64,000 nucleotides of DNA from an uncultured Gemmatimonas sp. (GTDB taxonomy: Bacteria > Gemmatimonadota > Gemmatimonadetes > Gemmatimonadales > Gemmatimonadaceae). The stretch's first letter is position 1, and each line of letters starts with the position of its first letter. Of this stretch, positions 10,921-19,488 are shown one piece after another. Position numbers and translations under genes: made by a program. Below the pieces are notes generated by a model. That model had not been told where the DNA came from. It saw nothing but the letters and a program-made list of their open reading frames with translations, and did not search any database. The DNA lies in the NCBI GenBank assembly GCA_964414995.1, contig CAYPYY010000003.1, forward strand, positions 26-64,025, in the 5' to 3' direction.

Positions 10921-12735
10921 CTACGGCGTGCCGCCGAGGATTCCCGCGCGCACCCGGCGCGCCCGCGCCGACGCACCCTCGAGCGGCTCGATCCGCCGCT
11001 CCACCCGCGGTTCGAGCTCGACCTTCGCGGTGAGTGTGAGCGTGCGTCCCTCACGCTGCACCTCCAAGGGCAGATCTGCGCCCGGCCGCCGGCCCCAGTA
11101 GTCACGCCACCGCGTCCCGAACTCGGGATCGCGCGTGGACCGGCCGCCGATCGCTCGAATGACATCGCCCATCTCGAGCCCCGCGCGCGCACCGGCGCCC
11201 TCGGGGTCCAGCGCCGAGACCATCACGCCGTCGGGATGTTCGCGCAGCAATACGCCAAGCCGCGGCTCGTTGATGGAGTCGGTCACCATCCGCCAACCGC
11301 CCTTGGGCAACCACTCGTGCCACGGAAAGGGCTCGCGGCCGTCGATGTAGCGGCGCTCGAAATCGCCCCAGGCGCGTCCACCGGTCGCCCGCGCGATCGC
11401 GTTCCACACGTCGTCGTGCGTGAAGCCGCGCCCGCGCGGCCACGTGCGCGCCCAGAGCTCGCGCATCACCGTGTCGAGCGAGCGCTGGTTGTCTGACGCG
11501 TCACGAATCAGCAGATCGAGTGCGAAGCCGAGCAGTGAACCCTTCGGATAGTAGAGCATCGCCGTACCGTCCTGCACGTCGAGCCAGGCCTGCAGCGACG
11601 CGTCCTCGACCGCCGTCGGTGGCAACGCCTCCACCTGTTCGATCTTGCCCATCGTCTCCTCGAGGAACGCGGCTTCGTCCATCAGGCCGCTGCGCACGAG
11701 GCTCAGGTCCGCGTAGTAATCCGTGACGCCTTCACTGACCCACAGCCACGGCGTCGGTTGCGGACGGTCGTAGCGGTACGGCGTGAGGTCGGCGGGCCGG
11801 AGTCGCTTCACGTTCCACGCGTGCGCAATCTCGTGGGCGTGGACGCTGAGCACGATGCGCTCGTCGAGAAAGGGCGTACCGACGATCATCAGTTCGCTCT
11901 CGGCGTGCTCCAGTGCCGCCACGCCGCCGAAGTCGTCGGTCGCGGCCTGCAGCACGGTGTAGCTCTGCCACGGCACGTTGCCGAAGACCTTCGCGAGCGT
12001 CTCGGCCGCGCGCGACAGCGCGTCCCAGCACGCGGCCCGGCGCGGGCCCTGCACGCTGCCTTCCGGCCAGGTGGCGAGGCGCATCCAGCGACCCGCAACC
12101 TGCAGCGAGTCGAGGTCGAAGCGCCCGACGAACATCGGATGATCGACGAGGTCGTGGTAGTCGCGCGCCGTGAACTGCCGGACTGAATCAGCGGGTGTCA
12201 TTCCGGTCGCGACGCGCCAGTCGGGTTCAGTGCGCACGGTCACCCGCGCCGGCAGCTCCAGTCGACCTTCGACGAAGGGAAAGAGATTCGTGCCATTGAA
12301 GAACGCGAAGTCCCGCGCGGTCCAACTGTTCGCGACGTCGTAGGTCTCGGCGCTCACCTCGTAGGTGAGCTCGACCGTGCCCGCACCCGACGGCCGGATG
12401 CGCCAGGTATCGTGATCGAGCTTGTCCCAGCGCAGGCTTGCACCGCCTTGGGTCGCCGTGAGGCCGCGGACGAAGCGCGCGTAGTTCTCGATCTCGTACG
12501 AGCCCGGCGTCCAAGCGGGCATCGAGACCAGCACCGGCGCCACGCCTGCGACGGTGAACCGCATCGTGACACGCAGCCGCCCGACCGCGATCTCCGGGGC
12601 CCTGGCCGTGACTTCGAACCGAATGTTCGTGACGGGTGCCGATGTGAGGGGCGGATCGTCCGCCGCGGCCGCCGCGGGGCCGAGGGTGAACAGGACGGCG
12701 GCGACGGCGCGGCTCACGTGTGACGTACGCATCAT
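10921..12735 (-). CDS. M61 glycyl aminopeptidase family protein with C-terminal PDZ domain
   Basis: MPAWTPGSY, ALEH, HEIAHAWNVKRLRP, LWVSEGVTDYY, YYPKG; start reassigned to ATG 12735 (signal peptide). Confidence 0.9.
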   Translation of the reverse strand: MMRTSHVSRAVAAVLFTLGPAAAAADDPPLTSAPVTNIRFEVTARAPEIAVGRLRVTMRFTVAGVAPVLVSMPAWTPGSYEIENYARFVRGLTATQGGASLRWDKLDHDTWRIRPSGAGTVELTYEVSAETYDVANSWTARDFAFFNGTNLFPFVEGRLELPARVTVRTEPDWRVATGMTPADSVRQFTARDYHDLVDHPMFVGRFDLDSLQVAGRWMRLATWPEGSVQGPRRAACWDALSRAAETLAKVFGNVPWQSYTVLQAATDDFGGVAALEHAESELMIVGTPFLDERIVLSVHAHEIAHAWNVKRLRPADLTPYRYDRPQPTPWLWVSEGVTDYYADLSLVRSGLMDEAAFLEETMGKIEQVEALPPTAVEDASLQAWLDVQDGTAMLYYPKGSLLGFALDLLIRDASDNQRSLDTVMRELWARTWPRGRGFTHDDVWNAIARATGGRAWGDFERRYIDGREPFPWHEWLPKGGWRMVTDSINEPRLGVLLREHPDGVMVSALDPEGAGARAGLEMGDVIRAIGGRSTRDPEFGTRWRDYWGRRPGADLPLEVQREGRTLTLTAKVELEPRVERRIEPLEGASARARRVRAGILGGTP

Positions 12736-12829
12736 TCCCGTAGCCTCAACCAGGGCCCGGCCCCACGCAAGGCGCTGTGCCCTTCTCCGGACTGGCTCGT
12801 CAATCCTATTGACTTCCCCCTCTCCGCCT

Positions 12830-13330
12830 ATGACCGCGCCTACCGGACGTTCGCGCCAACAAGAGTCAAAGCGACTCCACGCCATCCTCCGCGATGGGAC
12901 CCTCGTCGAGGGTTCGATCTTCATCGCCGAGGATATGTCGCTCGTCTCGTTCCTGGGAAGCCGCAAGGGCGGTTTCATCAATATGGTGGACGCCCGCCGC
13001 CCGAAGCTGGCCGAGGCGCCGACGCACGCGATCCTGCAGAGCGAGCTCGTGGTGATCGTCACCGCGCCGGACGACAACGTGCAGGTGGTGGGCACCGCGG
13101 GCGCCGGTGCGGGCGAGCGTGAGGTGGACATCCTGCTCGTCGGCGGGAAGCAACTCAAGGGCGTGATGCACGTCGCGCCGTTGCAGCGGATGAGCGACTA
13201 CCTCGCGCAGTGCGGCAAGTTTGTCGGCATCTCCAAGGCAACGCTGGTGGCCGACGGCGTGGAACTCGGCGACATCGCCGTCGCTACGGCCGCCATCGCG
13301 ATGATCCGCGAGACCAAGCCGCAGGACTGA
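12830..13330 (+). CDS. Hypothetical protein with two internal repeats (DUF6812-like)
   Basis: 166 aa; repeats ILRDGTLVEGSIFI..LVSFL..GFINMVDA and LLVGGKQLKGVMHV..MSDYL..KFVGISKA. Confidence 0.7.
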   Translation: MTAPTGRSRQQESKRLHAILRDGTLVEGSIFIAEDMSLVSFLGSRKGGFINMVDARRPKLAEAPTHAILQSELVVIVTAPDDNVQVVGTAGAGAGEREVDILLVGGKQLKGVMHVAPLQRMSDYLAQCGKFVGISKATLVADGVELGDIAVATAAIAMIRETKPQD

Positions 13331-14179
13331 TCAGCGCGCGAGCACGCGGCGCAGCAGGCCCGGACGGTCGGTGAACATTCCGTCCACGCCCAATCGCAGC
13401 ACAAACGCCATCGCCGCCGAGTCGTTCACCGTGTAGGGGTGCACGACGAGCCCCGCCGCGTGTGCCCGCGCGACCAAGCGCGCATTGAGCACGCTCCGCT
13501 TGGGTCCGATGCCGACGGCGAAGCGGCGGATCGCCGACAGCGCGGCATCGAGTGTGTCCGGGGCGATCGGATCCTCGATGAGCAGCACCAGCGCGAGCGT
13601 GGAGTCCAGCGCGTGCAGGCGCTCCAGGCTCGCGCGGCTGAACGACTGGATGATGACCCGCCCGGTGGGCGCACCGGCGCCGGCAAGCCCGTGGCGGCCG
13701 AGGAGCGCGAGCAGCGAGTCCTCCATTCCTGGCGCGGCTTCGGGACTCTTGGTCTCGATATAGAACCGCGCGCGGCCGGCGTAGCGCACGAGCACGGAAT
13801 CAAGCGTTGGAATCACCGCGCCGACGAACCGCGCCTGCGCCCGCTGCGGAAACTCGGCGTTGAACCAACTTCCGACCTCGCAGCGGCGGAGCGCAGCCAA
13901 CGTGCGCTCGCGGACGAGACCCCGGCAGTCGGCGGCGGGACCACGCGCCGTGCGGTCGAGCGAATCGTCGTGCAATACCACCAGAGCGCCGTCGCGCGTC
14001 ATCTGCAGGTCCTGCTCGATCCAGTCCGCACCTTGGTCGAGTGCGAGGTCCCAGGACGCGAAGGTGTGCTCCGGCGCGTCCCACGATGCGCCGCGGTGCG
14101 CAATGACCTGCACGACGCGTTGCGCGCCGCTGGCGGCGCCGATCATCGCGGCGAGAGCAATCACGAACAGTACGCGCAT
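13331..14179 (-). CDS. Glycerophosphodiester phosphodiesterase, exported
   Basis: Signal peptide; IAHRGAS..APEHT, WIEQDL, VLHD, YIETK, IIQSF, YTVN, GMFTDRP. Confidence 0.9.
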   Translation of the reverse strand: MRVLFVIALAAMIGAASGAQRVVQVIAHRGASWDAPEHTFASWDLALDQGADWIEQDLQMTRDGALVVLHDDSLDRTARGPAADCRGLVRERTLAALRRCEVGSWFNAEFPQRAQARFVGAVIPTLDSVLVRYAGRARFYIETKSPEAAPGMEDSLLALLGRHGLAGAGAPTGRVIIQSFSRASLERLHALDSTLALVLLIEDPIAPDTLDAALSAIRRFAVGIGPKRSVLNARLVARAHAAGLVVHPYTVNDSAAMAFVLRLGVDGMFTDRPGLLRRVLAR

Positions 14180-14220
14180 ACCGAGGAGATTAACCCGCGG
14201 CGGCGGTTCTGTGGACCGCC

Positions 14221-15330
14221 TCAGGGGAGGCGCAACCGCCACGGCGCAAGCGATATCGGCGGTGCGGCATCGAGGGCGAGCGCGGCGAGACCTTCGCCCA
14301 CCGCGCTCGCGAACTTGAAGCCGAAGCCATTGCACGGACTGGCGAGCACGACCTGCGGATACGCCGGGTGTCGGTCCAGGATGAAGTGCCCGCTCGGTGT
14401 GCGCGTGTAGAGGCAGGTTGCACCGCGGCGGTGCGCGCCGGCGTCACCGGGAATCCAGCGGTCCAGCAGGCGCGCCACCGGCGTGACGTCCTCCAGCGTG
14501 ACCGAACGCTCAATGTCATCGGGCGCCGCGGTGTCGTTCGAGCCGTGACTGGCCGCCTTCACCAACCCGTTGCGCGCGGGGAAAATCACCGTCGCGTGGT
14601 CCTGCCCGTCGCCTACGATCAGCACGGGACGCCGCGGCGCATCCTGCCGCGCATCGAACCAGTGCATCGTCTGCCGCTCCACCACGAGGGGCACGCCGAG
14701 GGCTGCGAGTTCCGGCTGCATCCACGCTCCGGTGGAGAGGATCAACCGGTCACCGCGCAACTCCTCGCGCGCCGTGGTGACGACGACCGACTCGCCCTCC
14801 ACGCGCCACGCGAGCATCGCTTCGTCGAACCGTAGGTCGGCGCCGCGCGCGCGCGCGGCGGCGTGCATCGCCTCGAGGATCGGCTCCGGCAGCAGTACGC
14901 CTGCGTTCGGGTCCAGCACGCCGATCATTCCCTCGGGCACGCGAATGCCCGGCACGCGCACCGTGACATCGTTCCGCGTGAGCGTCTCATAGGGCACGCC
15001 TGTCATCTCCGCACTGGCGATGGCGCCGGCGACGATGGTCTCGTGTGCGTGCCCGATGAACAGGCCGCCGGTGCGGAGGCGTAGCGGACGACCCCAGTCG
15101 GCCTCGAGTTCGTCCCACAGGAGATTCGCACGCGCAGCCAACGGCACGTACTCGGCGCCTTCCCACGCGGTCAAGCGCGTGACGCGCGACTCGCCGTGGG
15201 TGGAGCCCATCGGGTGCGGCGGCCGCCAGCGGTCGAGGCCGATGACGCGGTGGCCAGCGAGCGCCAGCCGCCACGCCGCCGCGCTGCCGGCGGCGCCCAG
15301 TCCCGCGATGATGACGGTACGCGTTCCCAT
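14221..15330 (-). CDS. solA: N-methyl-L-tryptophan oxidase / monomeric sarcosine oxidase family
   Basis: GLGAAG FAD motif, GSTHGESRVTR, TCLYT flavinylation Cys, GFKFASAVGE. Confidence 0.8.
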   Translation of the reverse strand: MGTRTVIIAGLGAAGSAAAWRLALAGHRVIGLDRWRPPHPMGSTHGESRVTRLTAWEGAEYVPLAARANLLWDELEADWGRPLRLRTGGLFIGHAHETIVAGAIASAEMTGVPYETLTRNDVTVRVPGIRVPEGMIGVLDPNAGVLLPEPILEAMHAAARARGADLRFDEAMLAWRVEGESVVVTTAREELRGDRLILSTGAWMQPELAALGVPLVVERQTMHWFDARQDAPRRPVLIVGDGQDHATVIFPARNGLVKAASHGSNDTAAPDDIERSVTLEDVTPVARLLDRWIPGDAGAHRRGATCLYTRTPSGHFILDRHPAYPQVVLASPCNGFGFKFASAVGEGLAALALDAAPPISLAPWRLRLP

Positions 15331-15437
15331 TCCTTACCAGACGATTTGTCGCGCGCGGGAGCCACAGACTGGCATTACGCGGACGCACCCGCGAGAATCC
15401 GAGGTCGCGACTCCTCACCAGCTTCCGGATTTCTCGA

Positions 15438-17129
15438 ATGACCCGTACTCGCCGTCTCGGACTTGTTGTCGCCCTGCTCGCGCTCGTGACCGCTCCGTCG
15501 CGCGCGCAAGGCACGCGTGCCGCACCGTCGCCCGCCGACCTCATCGTGGTCAACGCGCGCATCTACACGGCCGATGCCGCACGCCCCATCGTGGACGCCA
15601 TCGCCGTTCGGGCAGGACGCATCGTCTTTGCCGGCGACGTCGCGGGCGCCCGGGCGCTCGCCGGCAACGCCACGCGCGTCGTGGATGCAGGCGGACGCGC
15701 CGTCATCCCCGGGATGACGGACGCCCACGCCCACGTCCTCGGACTCGGCGACAAGCTGCAGTCGGTGGACCTTGTCGACACCCGCTCGTACGACGAAGTG
15801 ATCGCGCGGGTCGCCGCGCGCGCGCGCACCACCCCGAAGGGACAGTGGATCCTCGGACGCGGCTGGGACCAGAACGACTGGGGCGACACGCGCTGGCCCT
15901 CGCACGAGGCCCTCTCGCGCGCGGTGCCCGATCACCCGGTGATGCTCACGCGCGTGGACGGCCACGCCGTGCTCGTCAACGCGGCGGCGATGCGGCTCGC
16001 CAACCTCACGCGGAGCACTGCCAGCCCGGCGGGTGGAGAGATCCTCAAGAGCGACGCCGGCGAGCCCATCGGCGTGCTCGTGGACAATGCGGAAAACATC
16101 GTTGCGCGCGTGATTCCCGCGCCCACCCGCGCCCAGATGAAGGAGATGATCAAGTCGGCGATCGTCGAGATGCACCGCTGGGGCCTCACGGGTGTGCACG
16201 ACGCCGGCGCCTCGGCGACCACGCTCGAACTCTATGAAGAACTGGGGCGGGAGAACGCACTCAACATCCGGCTCTACGCGATGATCTCGGATCACGCGCC
16301 GACGCTCGACGCGTGGTTCCGTCGCGGCCCCTTGGTCGGCGCGTTCGACGGGACGCTCTGGGTGCGCAGTCTCAAGCTCTATCAGGACGGCGCGCTGGGT
16401 TCGCGCGGGGCGGCCCTGCTCGAACCCTACAGCGACGACGCGCGCACCAGCGGCCTGCTCGTCTCGCCGGCAGAACACATCCGCGATGTGGCGAGTCGCG
16501 CGCTGGCTGCCGGCTTTCAGGTCAACACCCACGCCATCGGCGACCGCGGCAATCGCCTCGTACTCGACTCGTACGAAGCGGCACTGCGCGCGCGTCCCAC
16601 CGCCGATCATCGCTTCCGCGTGGAGCACGCGCAGATTCTCCACTCCGATGACATCCCGCGCTTCGCGGCGCTCGGCGTGATTCCCTCGATGCAGGCCTCG
16701 CACCAGACCAGCGATATGTACTGGGCGGGCAATCGCCTCGGGCAGGGTCGGCTGCTCGGCGCCTACGCCTGGCGCTCGCTACTGGCGACGAACGTCGTGA
16801 TTCCGAATGGCTCCGACTTTCCGGTTGAGCACGTGAACCCGGTGATCTCGTACAAGGCGTCCGTCGCGCGGCAGGACGCGCGCAATTGGCCCGTGGGCGG
16901 CTGGTTCCCGGAGCAGCGGATGACGCGTGACGAGGCCCTGCTCTCTATGACATTGTGGCCGGCATACGCGGCGTTCCAGGAAGCGGAGTTGGGCTCACTC
17001 ACGCCGGGCAAGCGCGCCGACTTCGTGATCCTTAGCCAGGACATTATGCGGGTGCCCACCGAAGTCCTTCAGGACACGCAGGTGATCTCGACGTGGGTTG
17101 GTGGACGACTCGTCTACGAGCGGAGGTAG
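15438..17129 (+). CDS. YtcJ-like amidohydrolase, exported
   Basis: Signal peptide; DAHAH, RVDGH, KLYQDGALGSRGA, HAIGD, EHAQ, GSDFPVE. Confidence 0.9.
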   Translation: MTRTRRLGLVVALLALVTAPSRAQGTRAAPSPADLIVVNARIYTADAARPIVDAIAVRAGRIVFAGDVAGARALAGNATRVVDAGGRAVIPGMTDAHAHVLGLGDKLQSVDLVDTRSYDEVIARVAARARTTPKGQWILGRGWDQNDWGDTRWPSHEALSRAVPDHPVMLTRVDGHAVLVNAAAMRLANLTRSTASPAGGEILKSDAGEPIGVLVDNAENIVARVIPAPTRAQMKEMIKSAIVEMHRWGLTGVHDAGASATTLELYEELGRENALNIRLYAMISDHAPTLDAWFRRGPLVGAFDGTLWVRSLKLYQDGALGSRGAALLEPYSDDARTSGLLVSPAEHIRDVASRALAAGFQVNTHAIGDRGNRLVLDSYEAALRARPTADHRFRVEHAQILHSDDIPRFAALGVIPSMQASHQTSDMYWAGNRLGQGRLLGAYAWRSLLATNVVIPNGSDFPVEHVNPVISYKASVARQDARNWPVGGWFPEQRMTRDEALLSMTLWPAYAAFQEAELGSLTPGKRADFVILSQDIMRVPTEVLQDTQVISTWVGGRLVYERR

Positions 17130-17132
17130 CCG

Positions 17133-17510
17133 ATGCCATCGAAGCAGCTGTTCATCATCCGGATTGCCTTGATGACGGGCGTGTTGATGTTCGCCGCCCT
17201 CACCTTGTACCAGCGGAGCACCGGCGCCGCGATGGATCCCAATCCGGCCGTACCGACGATGCGCTACCTGCTGTGGGTGCTCATCGGCGTCTCGGCGCTG
17301 GTGACGCTGTTCCTGCGGCCGCGCGTCGAGGGTGGTGAGCTGGCGAAGCGCGGAAGCTGGGCGCTGATTGGCTGGTCGGTGGGCGAGGCGGCGGCGCTGC
17401 TCGGTATCGTGATTCATTTCGTCGGCGGTCCGGTGTCGTCGCTGGCGTTGGGTGTGCTCGCGTTCGTGTTCGCGCTGATGCTCCTGCCTGTCCCGCGCGA
17501 GCGCAGGTGA
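17133..17510 (+). CDS. Hypothetical 4-TM membrane protein
   Basis: 125 aa hydrophobic ORF tightly packed in the operon. Confidence 0.7.
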   Translation: MPSKQLFIIRIALMTGVLMFAALTLYQRSTGAAMDPNPAVPTMRYLLWVLIGVSALVTLFLRPRVEGGELAKRGSWALIGWSVGEAAALLGIVIHFVGGPVSSLALGVLAFVFALMLLPVPRERR

Positions 17511-18424
17511 TGCGGGTGGTCTCGCTGCTGCCGGGCGCCACCGAGATCGTGGCGGCGCTCGGAGCAATGGAGTCGTTGGTCGGGGTGACGCACGAGTGCG
17601 ACCATCCAGCAGTGGTGGCCTCGCGTGTGCGCGTGACGGGCACGGCGGTGGACGCCACCGCGACAGCCGCGAGCGTGGACGCGCAGGTGAAGGCGCTGAC
17701 CGCGACCGGCACGCCGGTGTTCACCCTCTTCGAGGACCGCATCCGCGACCTGCGGCCCACGCACATCCTCACGCAGGCGCTCTGCGATGTGTGCGCGGTC
17801 GTTGAGACCGACGTGCGCGCGCTGGCGGCACGCCTTTCGCCGGAGCCCGCCGTCGTCACCGTGAGCGCGACGACCATTGCCGGCGTACTGGACGACATCG
17901 TGCGCGTCGGTGCCGCGCTCGACTGCGGCGATGAGGCGGCGGAGTTCGTCGCCGGCGCGCAGACGCGGATGCGCACCGTACACGAGACGCTCAAGGCGGC
18001 GCGTGCGCCGCGTCCGCGCGTGGCAGTGATCGAGTGGGGCGAACCGATCTATGCGGCAGGCCACTGGGTGCCGGAGATGGTAAAGCGCGCCGGCGGTGTG
18101 GACGTGCTGGCCGCACCGGGCGCACATTCCGTGACCGTCACGGCGGACGCGGTGCGGGCGGCCGACCCCGAGGTGCTGATCATCGCACCCTGCGGCTACG
18201 ATCTCCCGCGAGCGCGCGCCGAGGCGGAGCGATTGCTCGCGCAGCCCGATTGGGCCTGGGCGCGGTCGCGACACGTGTTTTCGATCGATGCCAACGCGCT
18301 CACGTCGCGGCCCGGCCCGCGACTCATCGAGGGCATCGAACTGTTCGCTCGGCTGTTCAACCCGTCGTTGTTTTCACCGGTTGAGGACCACCAATGCTCA
18401 AGCCACCGTCAATCGCCTTCCTGA
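17507..18424 (+). CDS. BtuF/TroA-like (class III) binding-protein fold without signal peptide
   Basis: RVVSLLPGATEIVAALG, GVTHECD, QALCDVC, EW..P.YAAGHWVPEM, APCG, SRPGPRL. Confidence 0.8.
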   Translation: MMRVVSLLPGATEIVAALGAMESLVGVTHECDHPAVVASRVRVTGTAVDATATAASVDAQVKALTATGTPVFTLFEDRIRDLRPTHILTQALCDVCAVVETDVRALAARLSPEPAVVTVSATTIAGVLDDIVRVGAALDCGDEAAEFVAGAQTRMRTVHETLKAARAPRPRVAVIEWGEPIYAAGHWVPEMVKRAGGVDVLAAPGAHSVTVTADAVRAADPEVLIIAPCGYDLPRARAEAERLLAQPDWAWARSRHVFSIDANALTSRPGPRLIEGIELFARLFNPSLFSPVEDHQCSSHRQSPS

Positions 18425-19470
18425 AGCGGCTGCTCGACACGCCGGGCCCGTCGGGCTACGAGCGCGACGCGGCACAGGTCTGGCGGAGCGAAGCACAATC
18501 CTTTGCCGCCGACGTCTCCGGCGACGTGCACGGTAATTCGATGGCCGTCGTGAACCCCGGCGGCAGTCCCACGATTATGCTCGCCGGTCACATCGATGAG
18601 ATTGGCGTCATCGTCACCTACATCGACGACGATGGCTTCGTGCATATCGGGCCGATTGGCGGGTGGGATCCGCAGGTGCTGGTCGCGCAGCGCATTCGCT
18701 TTCAGGGCCGTGGCGGCGAGGTGGTCGGCGCCATCGGCAAGAAGCCGATTCACCTGATGAAGCCGGACGAACGCGAGAAGGCATCCAAGATCACCGATCT
18801 CTGGGTGGACATCGGCGCGTCGTCGCGCGCACAGGCCGAGGCGCTGCTCTCCATCGGCGACGCGGGCGTGATCGACCAGCGCACGCTCGACTTCCCGAAC
18901 GACCGCATCGTCTCGCGATCGATTGACGATCGCATCGGTGCGTTCGTCGTGCTCGAGGCCCTGCGGCGCTACGCCGCGGACCCTGGCGAGGCGCGGGTCG
19001 TCGCCGTGGCGACGACGCAGGAGGAGATTGCGTACCGTGGCGGTGGCGCGCTCGTCGGCGCCGAGCGCGTGGATCCCGCGATGGCCATCGTCGTGGACGT
19101 CACCTTCGCCACGGACCATCCGGGACTGGAGAAGGAGAAGAAGGAGATCGGGCACTCACCCCTCGGCAGCGGCCCCGTGCTCACGCGCGGGTCCGTGATC
19201 TCACCCGTGGCGTTCCGCATCCTGCGCGACACCGCGGATTCGGCGCGCATCCCGTACACGCTGCACGCCGCGGGCCGCGAGACCAGCACCGATGCCGACG
19301 CGATCCATCTCGCACGGCAGGGCGTGGCCACGGCGCTGCTCTCCGTGCCCAATCGGTATATGCACTCGCCGAACGAAATGGTGAGTCTCGTGGACCTCGA
19401 CCACGCCGCGGCGCTGATTGCGGCGGCCTGCAAGGCGGTCACGAAGCAGACGGACTTCACGGCGCGCTGA
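18394..19470 (+). CDS. M42 family (TET-like) aminopeptidase
   Basis: GPSGYE, AGHIDEIG, IGGWD, SIDDRIG, QEEI, VDVT, TDA, RYMHSPNE. Confidence 0.92.
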   Translation: MLKPPSIAFLKRLLDTPGPSGYERDAAQVWRSEAQSFAADVSGDVHGNSMAVVNPGGSPTIMLAGHIDEIGVIVTYIDDDGFVHIGPIGGWDPQVLVAQRIRFQGRGGEVVGAIGKKPIHLMKPDEREKASKITDLWVDIGASSRAQAEALLSIGDAGVIDQRTLDFPNDRIVSRSIDDRIGAFVVLEALRRYAADPGEARVVAVATTQEEIAYRGGGALVGAERVDPAMAIVVDVTFATDHPGLEKEKKEIGHSPLGSGPVLTRGSVISPVAFRILRDTADSARIPYTLHAAGRETSTDADAIHLARQGVATALLSVPNRYMHSPNEMVSLVDLDHAAALIAAACKAVTKQTDFTAR

Positions 19471-19488
19471 GCGCGCCCGCGCGCCAGG

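Noticed and set aside
12736-13158. N-terminal extension of the M61 ORF (likewise extensions listed for SSS, GDPD, HEAT, ccoG, ccoP, PDZ, DinB and rhomboid ORFs)
   Set aside because: They overlap neighbouring genes or promoters; downstream starts give proper signal peptides or stop/start overlaps
17400-17510. Possible cobalamin riboswitch before the BtuF-like gene
   Set aside because: Region is fully coding and no B12-element motifs were seen
18394-18424. 31-nt overlap of the BtuF-like gene and M42 as a possible frameshift or fusion
   Set aside because: Both proteins look complete; the overlap is a short tail extension
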